A stretch of 64,000 nt of DNA, taken from contig JANBVJ010000001.1 of assembly GCA_024239055.1 (NCBI GenBank), positions 432,572 through 496,571 on the forward strand. Reading direction: 5' to 3'. Shown here piece by piece: positions 36,163 to 45,340 of the stretch (its first letter is position 1; every line of letters begins with the position of its first letter). Position numbers and translations under genes: made by a program. The notes under the pieces were generated by a model. It was given only the letters and a program-made list of their open reading frames with translations, made no database searches and had not been told where the DNA came from. Origin of the DNA: Patescibacteria group bacterium (GTDB taxonomy: Bacteria > Patescibacteriota > Minisyncoccia > Minisyncoccales > UBA10102).

Positions 36163-36504
36163 ATGCTGGCGGCTGAGAATCGACTCTCAAAAAAGAACGA
36201 CTTTGATGCGGTGATGCAGGGAAAGCAACGCTTTGGAACCAAGGTTTTGTATATGAAAGCAAGGCCTAATAAGAGAGATGCAAGCAGAATCGGTATTATG
36301 ATTTCAAAGAAGGTTGCAAAGTCAGCCGTTGCGAGAAATCGAATAAGAAGAGTCATAAGAGAGGAAATAGGAGAGCATCTCAAAGATATGAGAAGAGGAT
36401 GTGATATGGTCTTTGTGGCTCTGCCGGGACTGGAAAAGCTCTCGTCCACTGAAATCAGAGAAACGGTTGCAAAACTTATTAAAGAAGCTCGTACATTGTG
36501 TTAG
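36163..36504 (+). CDS. rnpA: Ribonuclease P protein component
   Basis: LSKKNDFD.V.......G and the RNR motif (KSAVARNRIRRVIRE). Canonical position after rpmH. Confidence 0.85.
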   Translation: MLAAENRLSKKNDFDAVMQGKQRFGTKVLYMKARPNKRDASRIGIMISKKVAKSAVARNRIRRVIREEIGEHLKDMRRGCDMVFVALPGLEKLSSTEIRETVAKLIKEARTLC

Positions 36505-37256
36505 AAATTATCGTAAACAGTTATAATCTTGTTATTTACCAGCCGCTATTTAACGCGTTGGTTCTTTTTTATGAAGTTATTCCAGGCAGGGACTTCGGGG
36601 TTGCTGTTATCCTGCTTACTTTACTGGTTCGGGTTATCTTTTATCCCCTCTCAGCTAAGGGTATGGTGGCTCAGAAAAAGCTTTCAGCGCTCCAGCCAAA
36701 GATAAAAGAGCTGCAAGAGAAATTTAAACAAGACAGAGAGCGCCAGGCAAAGGAGACCATGGCTTTATATAAGAAGTCGGGGGTTAATCCGTTTGCCGGA
36801 TTCCTGCCTCTTCTAGTACAGCTTCCTATTCTCTTTGCTCTCTACCGTTTGTTTTTAGTGGGATTAGGATCAGATCAACTTTCATTTCTCTACAGCTTTA
36901 TTCCAAACCCCGGTTCCATTGACCCTTCCTTCTTTGGTATCTTGGACTTAAGTCAGACTTCTATTATCCTTGCATTAGTAGCAGGAGCTGCTCAGTTTTG
37001 GCAGACAAGGTATTCTTTTAAAAGCTCAAAACAGACAAAAGGGACAGATTTTGCCTCACGAATGCAAAAGCAGATGATGTACTTCTTCCCAATTATTACC
37101 GTTCTTATTGTTTCCAGATTCCCAGCCGCTATTGGATTATACTGGATAGTTACTTCCCTATTCTCGGTCTTTCAGCAGTATCGCGTAAACAAACATGATT
37201 TGGAAGTGAATATAGTTAAAAACGATGATATCACAAGAAACGAAAACAATAATTGA
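36498..37256 (+). CDS. yidC: Membrane protein insertase YidC (short form)
   Basis: YidC/Oxa1 core: G.AIILLT..VR....PL.....S..KM..LQP....LQ.K......Q.E.M.LYK..GVNP..G.LP.L.Q.PI..ALY. Confidence 0.85.
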   Translation: MLEIIVNSYNLVIYQPLFNALVLFYEVIPGRDFGVAVILLTLLVRVIFYPLSAKGMVAQKKLSALQPKIKELQEKFKQDRERQAKETMALYKKSGVNPFAGFLPLLVQLPILFALYRLFLVGLGSDQLSFLYSFIPNPGSIDPSFFGILDLSQTSIILALVAGAAQFWQTRYSFKSSKQTKGTDFASRMQKQMMYFFPIITVLIVSRFPAAIGLYWIVTSLFSVFQQYRVNKHDLEVNIVKNDDITRNENNN

Positions 37257-37689
37257 GACCACCGCGAAAGAGTTTTTGGATAAACTGGGAGCGGGAGCTA
37301 GAATTCATAATGTTTCAGCTGACGACTCAACGGTTTCAGTTGAGGTTACTATGGAAGATGCTCAGGTCTTTATTGGAGACCGAGGGAGAACGCTTTTAGA
37401 GATTCAACATCTTTTACAAGCTATGGCTAGAAAAAAGATAGATGAGCGCTTCTATATCTCGTTAGACATTAATGACTACAAAAAAAGGAAAGAAGAGTAT
37501 TTAAGGGATCTTGCAAAAACCACAGCTGACGAGGTTGTTTTGTTAAAGCAGGCGAAAGAACTTCCCCCAATGCCAGCGGCAGAAAGGAGGATTATTCACT
37601 TAGCTCTTCAAGAGAGAGAGGATATTGTAACAGATAGCATGGGAGATGGAGATAGTAGGAGGGTTGTGGTGAAGTTAGGCGTTAAGTAA
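37225..37689 (+). CDS. jag: Jag/SpoIIIJ-associated RNA-binding protein (KH plus R3H)
   Basis: A KH-like segment (FIGDRGRTLLEIQHLL) and R3H (ERRIIHLALQ). Canonical position after yidC. Confidence 0.8.
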   Translation: MISQETKTIIETTAKEFLDKLGAGARIHNVSADDSTVSVEVTMEDAQVFIGDRGRTLLEIQHLLQAMARKKIDERFYISLDINDYKKRKEEYLRDLAKTTADEVVLLKQAKELPPMPAAERRIIHLALQEREDIVTDSMGDGDSRRVVVKLGVK

Positions 37690-37732
37690 TTTGACTCTCT
37701 GCGCGGTAGCTCCAATTATTAACAATGGGATA

Positions 37733-39532
37733 TTATTCTTCCTTTTTAATCTCTCTTTGTTCTAATATTTCCTTTGGCGAGGTAGTAACAATTTCATGTT
37801 CTGTCGGAGATGCAACTACTTTTATTGCTACTCTTTTTTGTCCTGCAAAGAATATACCCTCTCCTATACCTGTCTCCAAAAGAAGATTTTTTTCTTCGTC
37901 AGTAAGATTGAAGGTTTTTTGAACAAGATCTATAGTTGCAGGAGATTGCTTCATTAGAAGTTGAATTGAGGAGTTGGTAATAATTGGTTTTCCATATTCT
38001 GATTTCATAAAATCACTTACATCTTGAGTGATAGTTGTAACTCCTAGATAGTATTTTCTTGCTCGTTTTGCTATTCCAAAAAGGAATGAAGCACCATTTT
38101 CAGATTTCATAATCCACCAAGCTTCATCTACCACCAATAGTCTTCGTTTTAACTCAGAGCGTACCTTATTCCATATATATCGCATGATGATATACATTGC
38201 CATAGGACGCAGTCCCTCCTCCATATCTCTTATTCCAAAGGATATAAACTTTTTGTCCATTGAAATATTAGTGGGTGAATTAAAGAAGTTAGCATAGGTT
38301 CCTACGGTGAATTTTCTTAATCTTCTTGTTAGAGAATCTGCTCCCTCCATACCTCTTAATACAGTTTCTAAGTCTTCCATTAAAGGAACACTGTCTCCCC
38401 ATGCTTTAGGGTCTGAGGAGACGGTTATATCTTTTGCAGCATAGGTTTCTGTTAAAGCTTGGTCCATAATTGAATCTTCTTCAGGCGTGAGCCCTCCAAG
38501 CATAATACGCATTAATCCAACTAGGTTTATTATATTTGAGCGCAAGACATCTTCTGGGCGTTCGTCTTCTCTGGGTTTTGGTAGGTCAAAGGGATTAATA
38601 TGATTTTGAGAACTTAAAGATATATTAAAGAAAGAGCCACCTACTGCCTTAGACAAATTTTTATACTCGTTCTCCGGGTCCAAAACAATAGTATCCACAC
38701 CAGTCATCAAAGATCTTAGTATTTGAATTTTTACATAGTAACTTTTTCCTGCACCAGATTTTGCAAAGACAACTTCATTTGCATTCTCTAAAGAAAATCT
38801 ATCAAAGAGAATAAGTGAATTATTATGGCGATTTAGACCATATAAAATTCCTTCATTTGAACTTAAGTCAAAAGATACAAAAGGAAAGATTGAGGAAAGA
38901 GGAGCTGTGTTCATTGATGTGTGCACCCCTATTAAATCTTTTCCATAAGGAATTCCTGAGTTAAATCCTTCAGATTGCTGATACAAAGCAGGTTTTATGT
39001 AAAGTAGACGTGATTCAAAGATAGAGCGAATTGTAGTTTCAATCTTTCTCAATTCTTCTGGCGTTTCTCCATAGATAGTTATATATAAACCAACACGAAA
39101 CATCTTTTCTTGAGCGGTTTGCAAGCGATCGCGAAGAGTTTCTAAATCTTGAAAACCTGTTTCAAGGATTGGATCTCGAACTAATCCCTTTGCCTGTTTT
39201 TCAATTAACTCTGATTGAACCTCTGTTACTTTTCTTCTAAGTTGTTTTAACACGCGTTCTGTTTTTACAGGATGAATAAATAGAGAAATATCCATTGGAA
39301 CATCTAAATTGATAATTGGAGATAACCAGGCAGCTGTAAGATATCTTGGATAGGAAAATATAAAGAATGATTTTGCTAAGCGTCCTGACATATCTATATT
39401 GTCTGAGTTTACGTGAATTGATGCAGGAGCAATAATATCTTTTAAAGTCATGCGAGTGGTATCAAAAAGTTGTTCGTCTCCAGGTAACGATCTTTTCTTT
39501 GAAAGGAATGGTATTTTAATCTTTAGTGCCAT
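37733..39532 (-). CDS. VirB4/TrbE/TraE-type type IV secretion ATPase (Gram-positive-like, 599 aa)
   Basis: Walker A AKSGAGKS, Walker B RRLLVVDEAWWIM and GVTTITQ. The N-terminal domain pattern fits VirB4-type ATPases (SYPRYL...WL..I......D.S..I.P). Confidence 0.85.
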   Translation of the reverse strand: MALKIKIPFLSKKRSLPGDEQLFDTTRMTLKDIIAPASIHVNSDNIDMSGRLAKSFFIFSYPRYLTAAWLSPIINLDVPMDISLFIHPVKTERVLKQLRRKVTEVQSELIEKQAKGLVRDPILETGFQDLETLRDRLQTAQEKMFRVGLYITIYGETPEELRKIETTIRSIFESRLLYIKPALYQQSEGFNSGIPYGKDLIGVHTSMNTAPLSSIFPFVSFDLSSNEGILYGLNRHNNSLILFDRFSLENANEVVFAKSGAGKSYYVKIQILRSLMTGVDTIVLDPENEYKNLSKAVGGSFFNISLSSQNHINPFDLPKPREDERPEDVLRSNIINLVGLMRIMLGGLTPEEDSIMDQALTETYAAKDITVSSDPKAWGDSVPLMEDLETVLRGMEGADSLTRRLRKFTVGTYANFFNSPTNISMDKKFISFGIRDMEEGLRPMAMYIIMRYIWNKVRSELKRRLLVVDEAWWIMKSENGASFLFGIAKRARKYYLGVTTITQDVSDFMKSEYGKPIITNSSIQLLMKQSPATIDLVQKTFNLTDEEKNLLLETGIGEGIFFAGQKRVAIKVVASPTEHEIVTTSPKEILEQREIKKEE

Positions 39533-39533
39533 A

Positions 39534-40178
39534 TTATTTTAACATCTCTGGTGGTATTTCAGGGTAGTATCCGACCTCAGCTTCCTTGGGGTGATGCCAG
39601 CTCCAAAAAAGCTCAATTAATTCTTCAGTATTTAATGGAATTGTTTGAAGTCCCGCTCTTCGCAATCCTAGAGCTACAAACTCCATTCTCTGCCATAGTT
39701 GATTGCGCATGCGCTGAAACTCTTCTTCTGAAAACTTTCCCCCCTTAACCTTTACATTACTAAACTTACTTTTTCCACCTGCTGGAAGAGATTCTATTAG
39801 AGAGAAGGGAACCGTTACAAAGAATGTTTTTGACATAATGGAGCCTCCTCCAATGAGTTTTTCTATAAATTGACGATAATCATTAGTCTGCTTTTTTAGT
39901 AATGGATTTTCTTGCGCTTCTCCAAGTTTCTTTAGATTATCTATATATCCTGTAATATTTAGCCTTCTGGATTGAATTGAAATTTGAATTGGAAAATCTA
40001 AAGAGTTTAAAAAGTTTTGAAATTGAAAAATAATTGCTTGCTGCTCTTCTTCTGATTTCAATGCAAAGTTTTGAGAAGAAACCATTAGTATTCCTCTTAC
40101 TGCATTATCTTTTAAGATCAACATACCTTCCCTTATTTCTTCTACCTGCAAAAATTGTTGTGTTGTAGATACTGCCAT
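39534..40178 (-). CDS. Hypothetical soluble protein of the T4SS-like operon (possibly a VirB4 N-terminal-domain-like accessory)
   Basis: 214 aa with no TM. The pattern GIL.V...NF.LKSEEEQ..I...FQNFLNSLDFPIQI loosely resembles the N-terminal region of VirB4/TrbE proteins. There is 1 nt to virB4 and 0 nt to the upstream gene. Confidence 0.35.
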   Translation of the reverse strand: MAVSTTQQFLQVEEIREGMLILKDNAVRGILMVSSQNFALKSEEEQQAIIFQFQNFLNSLDFPIQISIQSRRLNITGYIDNLKKLGEAQENPLLKKQTNDYRQFIEKLIGGGSIMSKTFFVTVPFSLIESLPAGGKSKFSNVKVKGGKFSEEEFQRMRNQLWQRMEFVALGLRRAGLQTIPLNTEELIELFWSWHHPKEAEVGYYPEIPPEMLK

Positions 40179-40586
40179 TTATTTTTTTGTTTCTACTTTC
40201 ATTGAAAGAGTTTTTATCTTACTGTCTTTTTGGAGTTTTAGATTTTTATCTGGTCTTTCTGATTGATCATCTTGCTTGTATGTAGTTTGCTCTGTCTTTT
40301 TTATATTATTTCCTTTTTGCCATGTGTAATGCTTGGGTTTTATAAAAAAACCTACTGCTCCCATAAGAAATCCTGGAAGAGATCGTCCACCAGCTTTTAT
40401 AAAGGCAAGTATTGCTCCTATTCCTCCTAAAACAATAGTAATGGATATAAAAACATAGAAAGGTGCTAGGAAGTAAAAAAAGAACCCCACTGCTGCTGGT
40501 ACTCCAAGGTAAATAAATTGGCGGAATGTTAGAGGTCCAATTACTTTAGCTTCATGTTCTATAAATTGAGGTACTTGAAAACGCAT
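40179..40586 (-). CDS. PrgI/VirB3-like small membrane protein
   Basis: MRFQVPQFIEHEAKVIGPLTFRQFIYLGVPAAVGFFFY followed by two TM helices. This is the PrgI-family N-terminal pattern, and the gene precedes virB4. Confidence 0.6.
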   Translation of the reverse strand: MRFQVPQFIEHEAKVIGPLTFRQFIYLGVPAAVGFFFYFLAPFYVFISITIVLGGIGAILAFIKAGGRSLPGFLMGAVGFFIKPKHYTWQKGNNIKKTEQTTYKQDDQSERPDKNLKLQKDSKIKTLSMKVETKK

Positions 40587-40589
40587 AGA

Positions 40590-41051
40590 TTATTCTTCAT
40601 CATCATTAGCAGATTCACGGTAAGGATCTTTTACGCCTGGAAGTGAAGTAGATTTTTTTAATCCTTTATTTGGAGCTATTGTCTTTTTTATAGTTCTTTG
40701 AGTTACTACTTGTCCTCCCTCTTTAGTTTCTGGCATCTGATAAAGTTGCTCCAGTGCTGGTTTAACAGGATAAAATGCAAAGCGATTTATTCCCCGAGCA
40801 ATTTTATCAGCAACATCTTTTTTAATCTTAAGCCCCTGTAGGGCTTTTGAGAAATCTTGAGAGGGTAGTAATCCTACTAAAACCTGTCCTACTAATTCCA
40901 CAATTTCTTCAAGATGATTTCCGACATCATTAGCGATACATATTTCATATATATCATTTCCCATCTCTTCGTCAAAAAGAGCATCCTTTAATTCTCGAGG
41001 TAGTTTTTCATAAAGTTTCCAGAATTGTTTTTTACTATATTGTTGCGGCAT
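40590..41051 (-). CDS. Hypothetical protein of the T4SS-like operon
   Basis: 153 aa, soluble, with an acidic C-terminus. I recognise no motif. Spacing within the operon is tight (3 nt and 26 nt). Confidence 0.4.
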   Translation of the reverse strand: MPQQYSKKQFWKLYEKLPRELKDALFDEEMGNDIYEICIANDVGNHLEEIVELVGQVLVGLLPSQDFSKALQGLKIKKDVADKIARGINRFAFYPVKPALEQLYQMPETKEGGQVVTQRTIKKTIAPNKGLKKSTSLPGVKDPYRESANDDEE

Positions 41052-41077
41052 GATATTTTGTATAACTTATTTTATCC

Positions 41078-43816
41078 TTACCAAGGGAAACCTTTTCTAG
41101 TTAGGTTGTCAAAGGCCGTGTCCACGGACTTTGCCCAATTAGGCTTTGGCGAGTTTGGTTTCGTATTCTTTAAACGAGCAATGTGTACTTCTTTTACTTC
41201 GGCAACGAGTGCTTCTAGATTTTTCTCATTTGCTATAAGTCCTTCTTGATTTTTTCTTCTAGCCCAATTTTTCACACTATTGAGTGGAGTTATTATACTT
41301 TCTTGAGGAGGTTTTGGTGTTCTTGCAGGTCTCGCCTGAGCCTTACCGGGCGTTGTTGTTTCATCATCATAGGGTGGTGAAGTAGAAGATGGTGGAGGTG
41401 TTCCGCCAGAAGGTGGTGGAGTAGAAGATGGTGGGGGTGTTCCGCCAGAAGGTGGCGGAGTAGAAGATGGTGGGGGTGTAGTTGTTCCACCAGAAGGAGG
41501 TGAAGGTGCATGCCATTTCCAACCCTCTGGAGCTGGAGTTTCTTTAGACCAACCTGGGGGTGGATTCCCAGGAGTTGGTTGTTTAGTAGGATGACTCCAT
41601 GTTCCTTTATCTAGCCAATCTTTTCTGTATTCATCAAAATGTTCTGTAGGCTTTATTGATCCTGCCTCTGTCATTATGCGCATATGGCCCCTTCCTTCAA
41701 ATGGAAGTTGTTGTCCTGCAGCAGTATTTACGAATGAGCGAAAGAGTGAAGGATTTTGCCAGTAAAACTTATCTGATTTATCAGGATTGTTTGCCATTGT
41801 GTTTATTCCTCCAATACCATTAAATATTTTATCTTCAATTTCTGAGTCAAAATTCTCGTGTATTCTCTGGAAGGCACCTAGTATCTGTTTATGTAAACCA
41901 ATACGCACTCCAAGAGATCCTACTGATTCTTTCTGCATGGAGTCAAATTTATTAGCTTTGAGTCCACGAGAGTGTACCATAGCGGTAGCAGCGTTTTCTA
42001 TAAATGCATCTTCTTCTCCAGCTCCCATACTACGTTGAGCTTTCAGTATTGCATTATTGCGATTGGTGGCCACATAGTCTTCTGTTATGTATTTTAGTTT
42101 AAGTGCAGTCTCAATAGTTATGTCATCTGGGTCATCAATTTTATCTCTAAGTTCATTTTCTGCTGCTTCAATTTTCTTTTTCATCTTCGTCTGAGAATCT
42201 CCATCAACCTCAAACATAATCTTCATATCTTTACTTATTCTATCTGGAGCATAATCCATCCATGCCGCTACTTCAGCTCTGAAGTATGGGATCTGACTCT
42301 CATTTTTAACAAGAGCTTCCGCATCTTTCTCTGTTATGTCTTCAGCTTCAGGGCTAAATTTCATGGTGTCGTTTTTAATCATTCTTGCTGAAATTTTTAG
42401 ACGATCTCCATCTTTTCTCTGGAGTTTTAGGAAATCTGTTTGTTCATCACTGCTCATTCCGTCAAATTCTGGAGGAATCGTAAACTGACGACTCCTTGCA
42501 GAATAGCGAAGTAGTTGTGAGCCAACTAAGCGATTTGGTAAACTTGATGCGATTTGAGCTGGTCGTGATTTTCCTTCTCCCCACTCTGAAACATCTTTTA
42601 ATTTATTACGCAAACCTTCAGCTGCTCTTCCAGTAGTTTTCATTTTTAATCCCGCTCGCGTAGCTTGACCAATTAACGCACCTCCTTGTTGCATAATTAT
42701 ATTTGCTCCTTGTGGAACAAATTTTTTACTAACAAAGAACGCAACCGCCATGTACACAATAAGAAATATATAGCTAAAGGCAAGAGGAGGGGATCCAGTG
42801 GTTATTGCTATAAAAGGAGTTTCTGAGGCAAATGTAGAGAATAATTTTAGTCCAAGTCCTATAAGAAAGAAAGCAACAACTCCTATGAGTGACCAAGAAA
42901 GAAGATATTTAAACCAACTTTTAAAATATTTTTCTGTTGCGGGTAAAATAAAGGCCATAAAAGCCAAGGGTGCAGAAATTGCCAGAATCCAAATAATAAC
43001 AACTCTAAATAAGAAAAGAACAAAATACATCAAGAAAATTGTTCCGACAAGAAAATTTACGACAATTAGAGTTAGGATATTTGCAATATGGCCCATTGAG
43101 AGGATGTCATTTAATGCAAATATGCCAATACCTATAAGGGAAATTACGTTCACATAAGGAATACTAGATAAAGCTAAATAGCCTAATGGAATAGCTGCAA
43201 GCCATACGGCAACACTGCTAAGACTTGCTTTCAATGGTTCAATAGCTTGATTAACAAAGTTTCCACCGAATGCATTGCTTAATGTATTTTGTAGAATAGT
43301 GCCGATATCAACTATAATGCCTACAAATAGCAGACTAAAATTTACAAGGAGTGCGATAATAATTAACCTTGGAAGAGCCTTTTTCGCACTAAATGTTTCA
43401 AGACGGAGTATTGAGGAGAGCGCAATAAAGCTGAAAATGAGGATAAACATAATATTGACAATCCCGCGAGTAAATTCCCAACCCATAGTTACTAATAGAT
43501 TGTCTTTGAGCTCAATAGGAAAGTTGACTGCCCATTGTAAAAGTGCTGCGCTGACTACTATAAATACCTCTGATTCAGCTACTAGAACCAATATAAAAAT
43601 AATCATGCGAATAATTACATTCTCTACAAAATCAAGAGCATCTAACTGTATAGCTGCAAGATCGAATATTCCAAAATCTGCAACTCCAAAGAGAGCATGC
43701 GCGGGCGTTACGAAAAGAAAAAGTCCAACAAAGACAAAGGAAGAAATAACAATTTTCTTACAGTCTTTTTGTAAAATTTGGTAGAGATGCTGCATGATTC
43801 TTTTTTGTATGTTCAT
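41078..43816 (-). CDS. Giant polytopic VirB6/TrbL-like membrane protein with a C-terminal soluble extension of about 520 aa
   Basis: 912 aa. The N-terminal 385 aa or so contain roughly 8-10 TM helices, the position and architecture expected for VirB6/ConG. The C-terminal region has no recognisable motif and ends in a Pro/Ser/Thr/Gly repeat tract. Confidence 0.55.
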   Translation of the reverse strand: MNIQKRIMQHLYQILQKDCKKIVISSFVFVGLFLFVTPAHALFGVADFGIFDLAAIQLDALDFVENVIIRMIIFILVLVAESEVFIVVSAALLQWAVNFPIELKDNLLVTMGWEFTRGIVNIMFILIFSFIALSSILRLETFSAKKALPRLIIIALLVNFSLLFVGIIVDIGTILQNTLSNAFGGNFVNQAIEPLKASLSSVAVWLAAIPLGYLALSSIPYVNVISLIGIGIFALNDILSMGHIANILTLIVVNFLVGTIFLMYFVLFLFRVVIIWILAISAPLAFMAFILPATEKYFKSWFKYLLSWSLIGVVAFFLIGLGLKLFSTFASETPFIAITTGSPPLAFSYIFLIVYMAVAFFVSKKFVPQGANIIMQQGGALIGQATRAGLKMKTTGRAAEGLRNKLKDVSEWGEGKSRPAQIASSLPNRLVGSQLLRYSARSRQFTIPPEFDGMSSDEQTDFLKLQRKDGDRLKISARMIKNDTMKFSPEAEDITEKDAEALVKNESQIPYFRAEVAAWMDYAPDRISKDMKIMFEVDGDSQTKMKKKIEAAENELRDKIDDPDDITIETALKLKYITEDYVATNRNNAILKAQRSMGAGEEDAFIENAATAMVHSRGLKANKFDSMQKESVGSLGVRIGLHKQILGAFQRIHENFDSEIEDKIFNGIGGINTMANNPDKSDKFYWQNPSLFRSFVNTAAGQQLPFEGRGHMRIMTEAGSIKPTEHFDEYRKDWLDKGTWSHPTKQPTPGNPPPGWSKETPAPEGWKWHAPSPPSGGTTTPPPSSTPPPSGGTPPPSSTPPPSGGTPPPSSTSPPYDDETTTPGKAQARPARTPKPPQESIITPLNSVKNWARRKNQEGLIANEKNLEALVAEVKEVHIARLKNTKPNSPKPNWAKSVDTAFDNLTRKGFPW
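41381..41497. repeat. Tandem 39-nt repeat (3 units) encoding PPPSSTPPPSGGT
   Basis: The unit agtagaagatggtggRggtgttccgccagaaggtggYgg starts at 41381, 41420 and 41459. The third unit is degenerate. Confidence 0.8.
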
Positions 43817-43822
43817 TTACTA

Positions 43823-44602
43823 TTATAAAGGTGATTCTACAGATATGCATTCAATGTCAGCAATTTGATCATTTGAGAGTCCAGTGTTAGCAAGGTATAT
43901 GTCTGGGGTATTTGTAGAGAGCGTCCCCTTAGCATCCCCAGCGCAATTAATATTAGTGTATAGATTCACTAAACACACTCCTTCTACGTCAAATGCGACG
44001 GGCTTCCAATCAATGTTCCCTGTACCAAATGCTCTATCTTTGCCGGGGGTAAGAATCGCGACGATAGGGTCATTCTGATTATTTTCCAACTCCCCATCTT
44101 TGAAAGCCTTTAAAATCTCAGATGAAGAGGATATAGTTACTTTCTCGCAGGGTCCTAAAATATTGGACTCTTCAAAGAGTATCGCTGGAATATCTTTACC
44201 TATGGTAGTAGTAAATTCTGGAGTTTTTAGAATTGTAAGTTCAGGATTTACAATATTTAATATTAAAAATGAAGATAGTAAAAGAAGAAGGCCACCTATA
44301 GCTGAAGTAATCATATCTTTTGCTCCTTTGATTTTTCCTGGATCTCCAGATGATGTAAGATATTGGGTTCCAGCAAATACAATAACACTAAATGCTGCAA
44401 GTCCGCCGATTGCGATCATCCATTCATATAGATATCTAATAAGAATAGATAGTGTACTATTTTCATCTAGTGAAGTTCCAACTGGAGAAGATGGCCACTT
44501 AGTCTCAAAAGCAAAAACATTAGAACTAACTATAAGCGTACCAAAGAAAATTAAGAACAATACAGCAATAAACTTTTTGTTTGATTGTACAATAGATATC
44601 AT
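43823..44602 (-). CDS. VirB2/TrbC-like two-helix pilin module (N-terminal) plus a Cys-containing C-terminal domain
   Basis: Signal/TM, then ...AAFSVIVFAGTQYLTSSGDPGKIKGAKDMITSAIGGLLLLLSSFLILNIVNP (helix, G-D-P-x-K loop, helix). A domain of about 135 aa with 4 Cys follows. Confidence 0.55.
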   Translation of the reverse strand: MISIVQSNKKFIAVLFLIFFGTLIVSSNVFAFETKWPSSPVGTSLDENSTLSILIRYLYEWMIAIGGLAAFSVIVFAGTQYLTSSGDPGKIKGAKDMITSAIGGLLLLLSSFLILNIVNPELTILKTPEFTTTIGKDIPAILFEESNILGPCEKVTISSSSEILKAFKDGELENNQNDPIVAILTPGKDRAFGTGNIDWKPVAFDVEGVCLVNLYTNINCAGDAKGTLSTNTPDIYLANTGLSNDQIADIECISVESPL

Positions 44603-44649
44603 ATTCTTTAAAATATTATACCATAATCTTTTATATGATGTATATTTTG

Positions 44650-45315
44650 TTATTCAATTAGTTGAGCTGAATTAATAACATCTTCAGCTTCTTTTTTTAA
44701 TTCAATCCATTCTTCCTCAAATGCAATAAAAGCAATAAGATAGAATTTTGTTTCTTGATCTTTTTCTTCAAGTATTATTATTTTTTCTTTAGAACGGAAG
44801 TTATTAGTTGATCCTTGATAGATAGCATCAAATACAGCTTCTTTTTCTTGAATAGAAGAGTTAATTATTTCCATAGTCCATTCTTGCTTGAGATTTGCTT
44901 CTTTCATTTTTTCAATAATCTCTTCAATATTTTGATCTACAAAATTAAGCCTATATATTACTAATTGAGTGAATCCTTTTGCAGAGATTTTTTGAGCTGC
45001 AAAGAGAGTTTCGGGATTATATATTTTTTGTTCTTCTTCAAAGGCAGATTTTAAATCTTGACTTTGCATTTTTATCCAATCTGCAGAATAGTTCATTTTT
45101 AGCTTTGAGTCAGGCGAGATAAATTCTTTATATTCAATCTCATTTAGTTGCACTTTTGTTTTGTTAAGTACAGGAGGCTTTAGTTGAGAAAGAATGTCTT
45201 GAGGTATTTGTTGGCTAATTTTTGATCCTTGTTGTTCAATAAAATATCCAAAAACCCATGAGATTAAGTATATAGTCCCAATAAGTATTATAAGAATAAA
45301 GATAATTTTACGCAT
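44650..45315 (-). CDS. N-terminally membrane-anchored hypothetical protein of the T4SS-like operon
   Basis: 221 aa with a single N-terminal TM (IIFILIILIGTIYLISWVFGYF). The ectodomain carries no motif I recognise. Confidence 0.45.
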   Translation of the reverse strand: MRKIIFILIILIGTIYLISWVFGYFIEQQGSKISQQIPQDILSQLKPPVLNKTKVQLNEIEYKEFISPDSKLKMNYSADWIKMQSQDLKSAFEEEQKIYNPETLFAAQKISAKGFTQLVIYRLNFVDQNIEEIIEKMKEANLKQEWTMEIINSSIQEKEAVFDAIYQGSTNNFRSKEKIIILEEKDQETKFYLIAFIAFEEEWIELKKEAEDVINSAQLIE

Positions 45316-45340
45316 TTATATATTAATTGAAGTTTTTAAA

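Noticed and set aside
42798-44675. Plus-strand ORFs (119, 169, 64 and 191 aa) opposite the VirB6-like and pilin-like genes
   Set aside because: They are mirror-image hydrophobic or low-complexity frames of membrane-protein genes, with no start context. They would break up an otherwise continuous, tightly spaced minus-strand operon.
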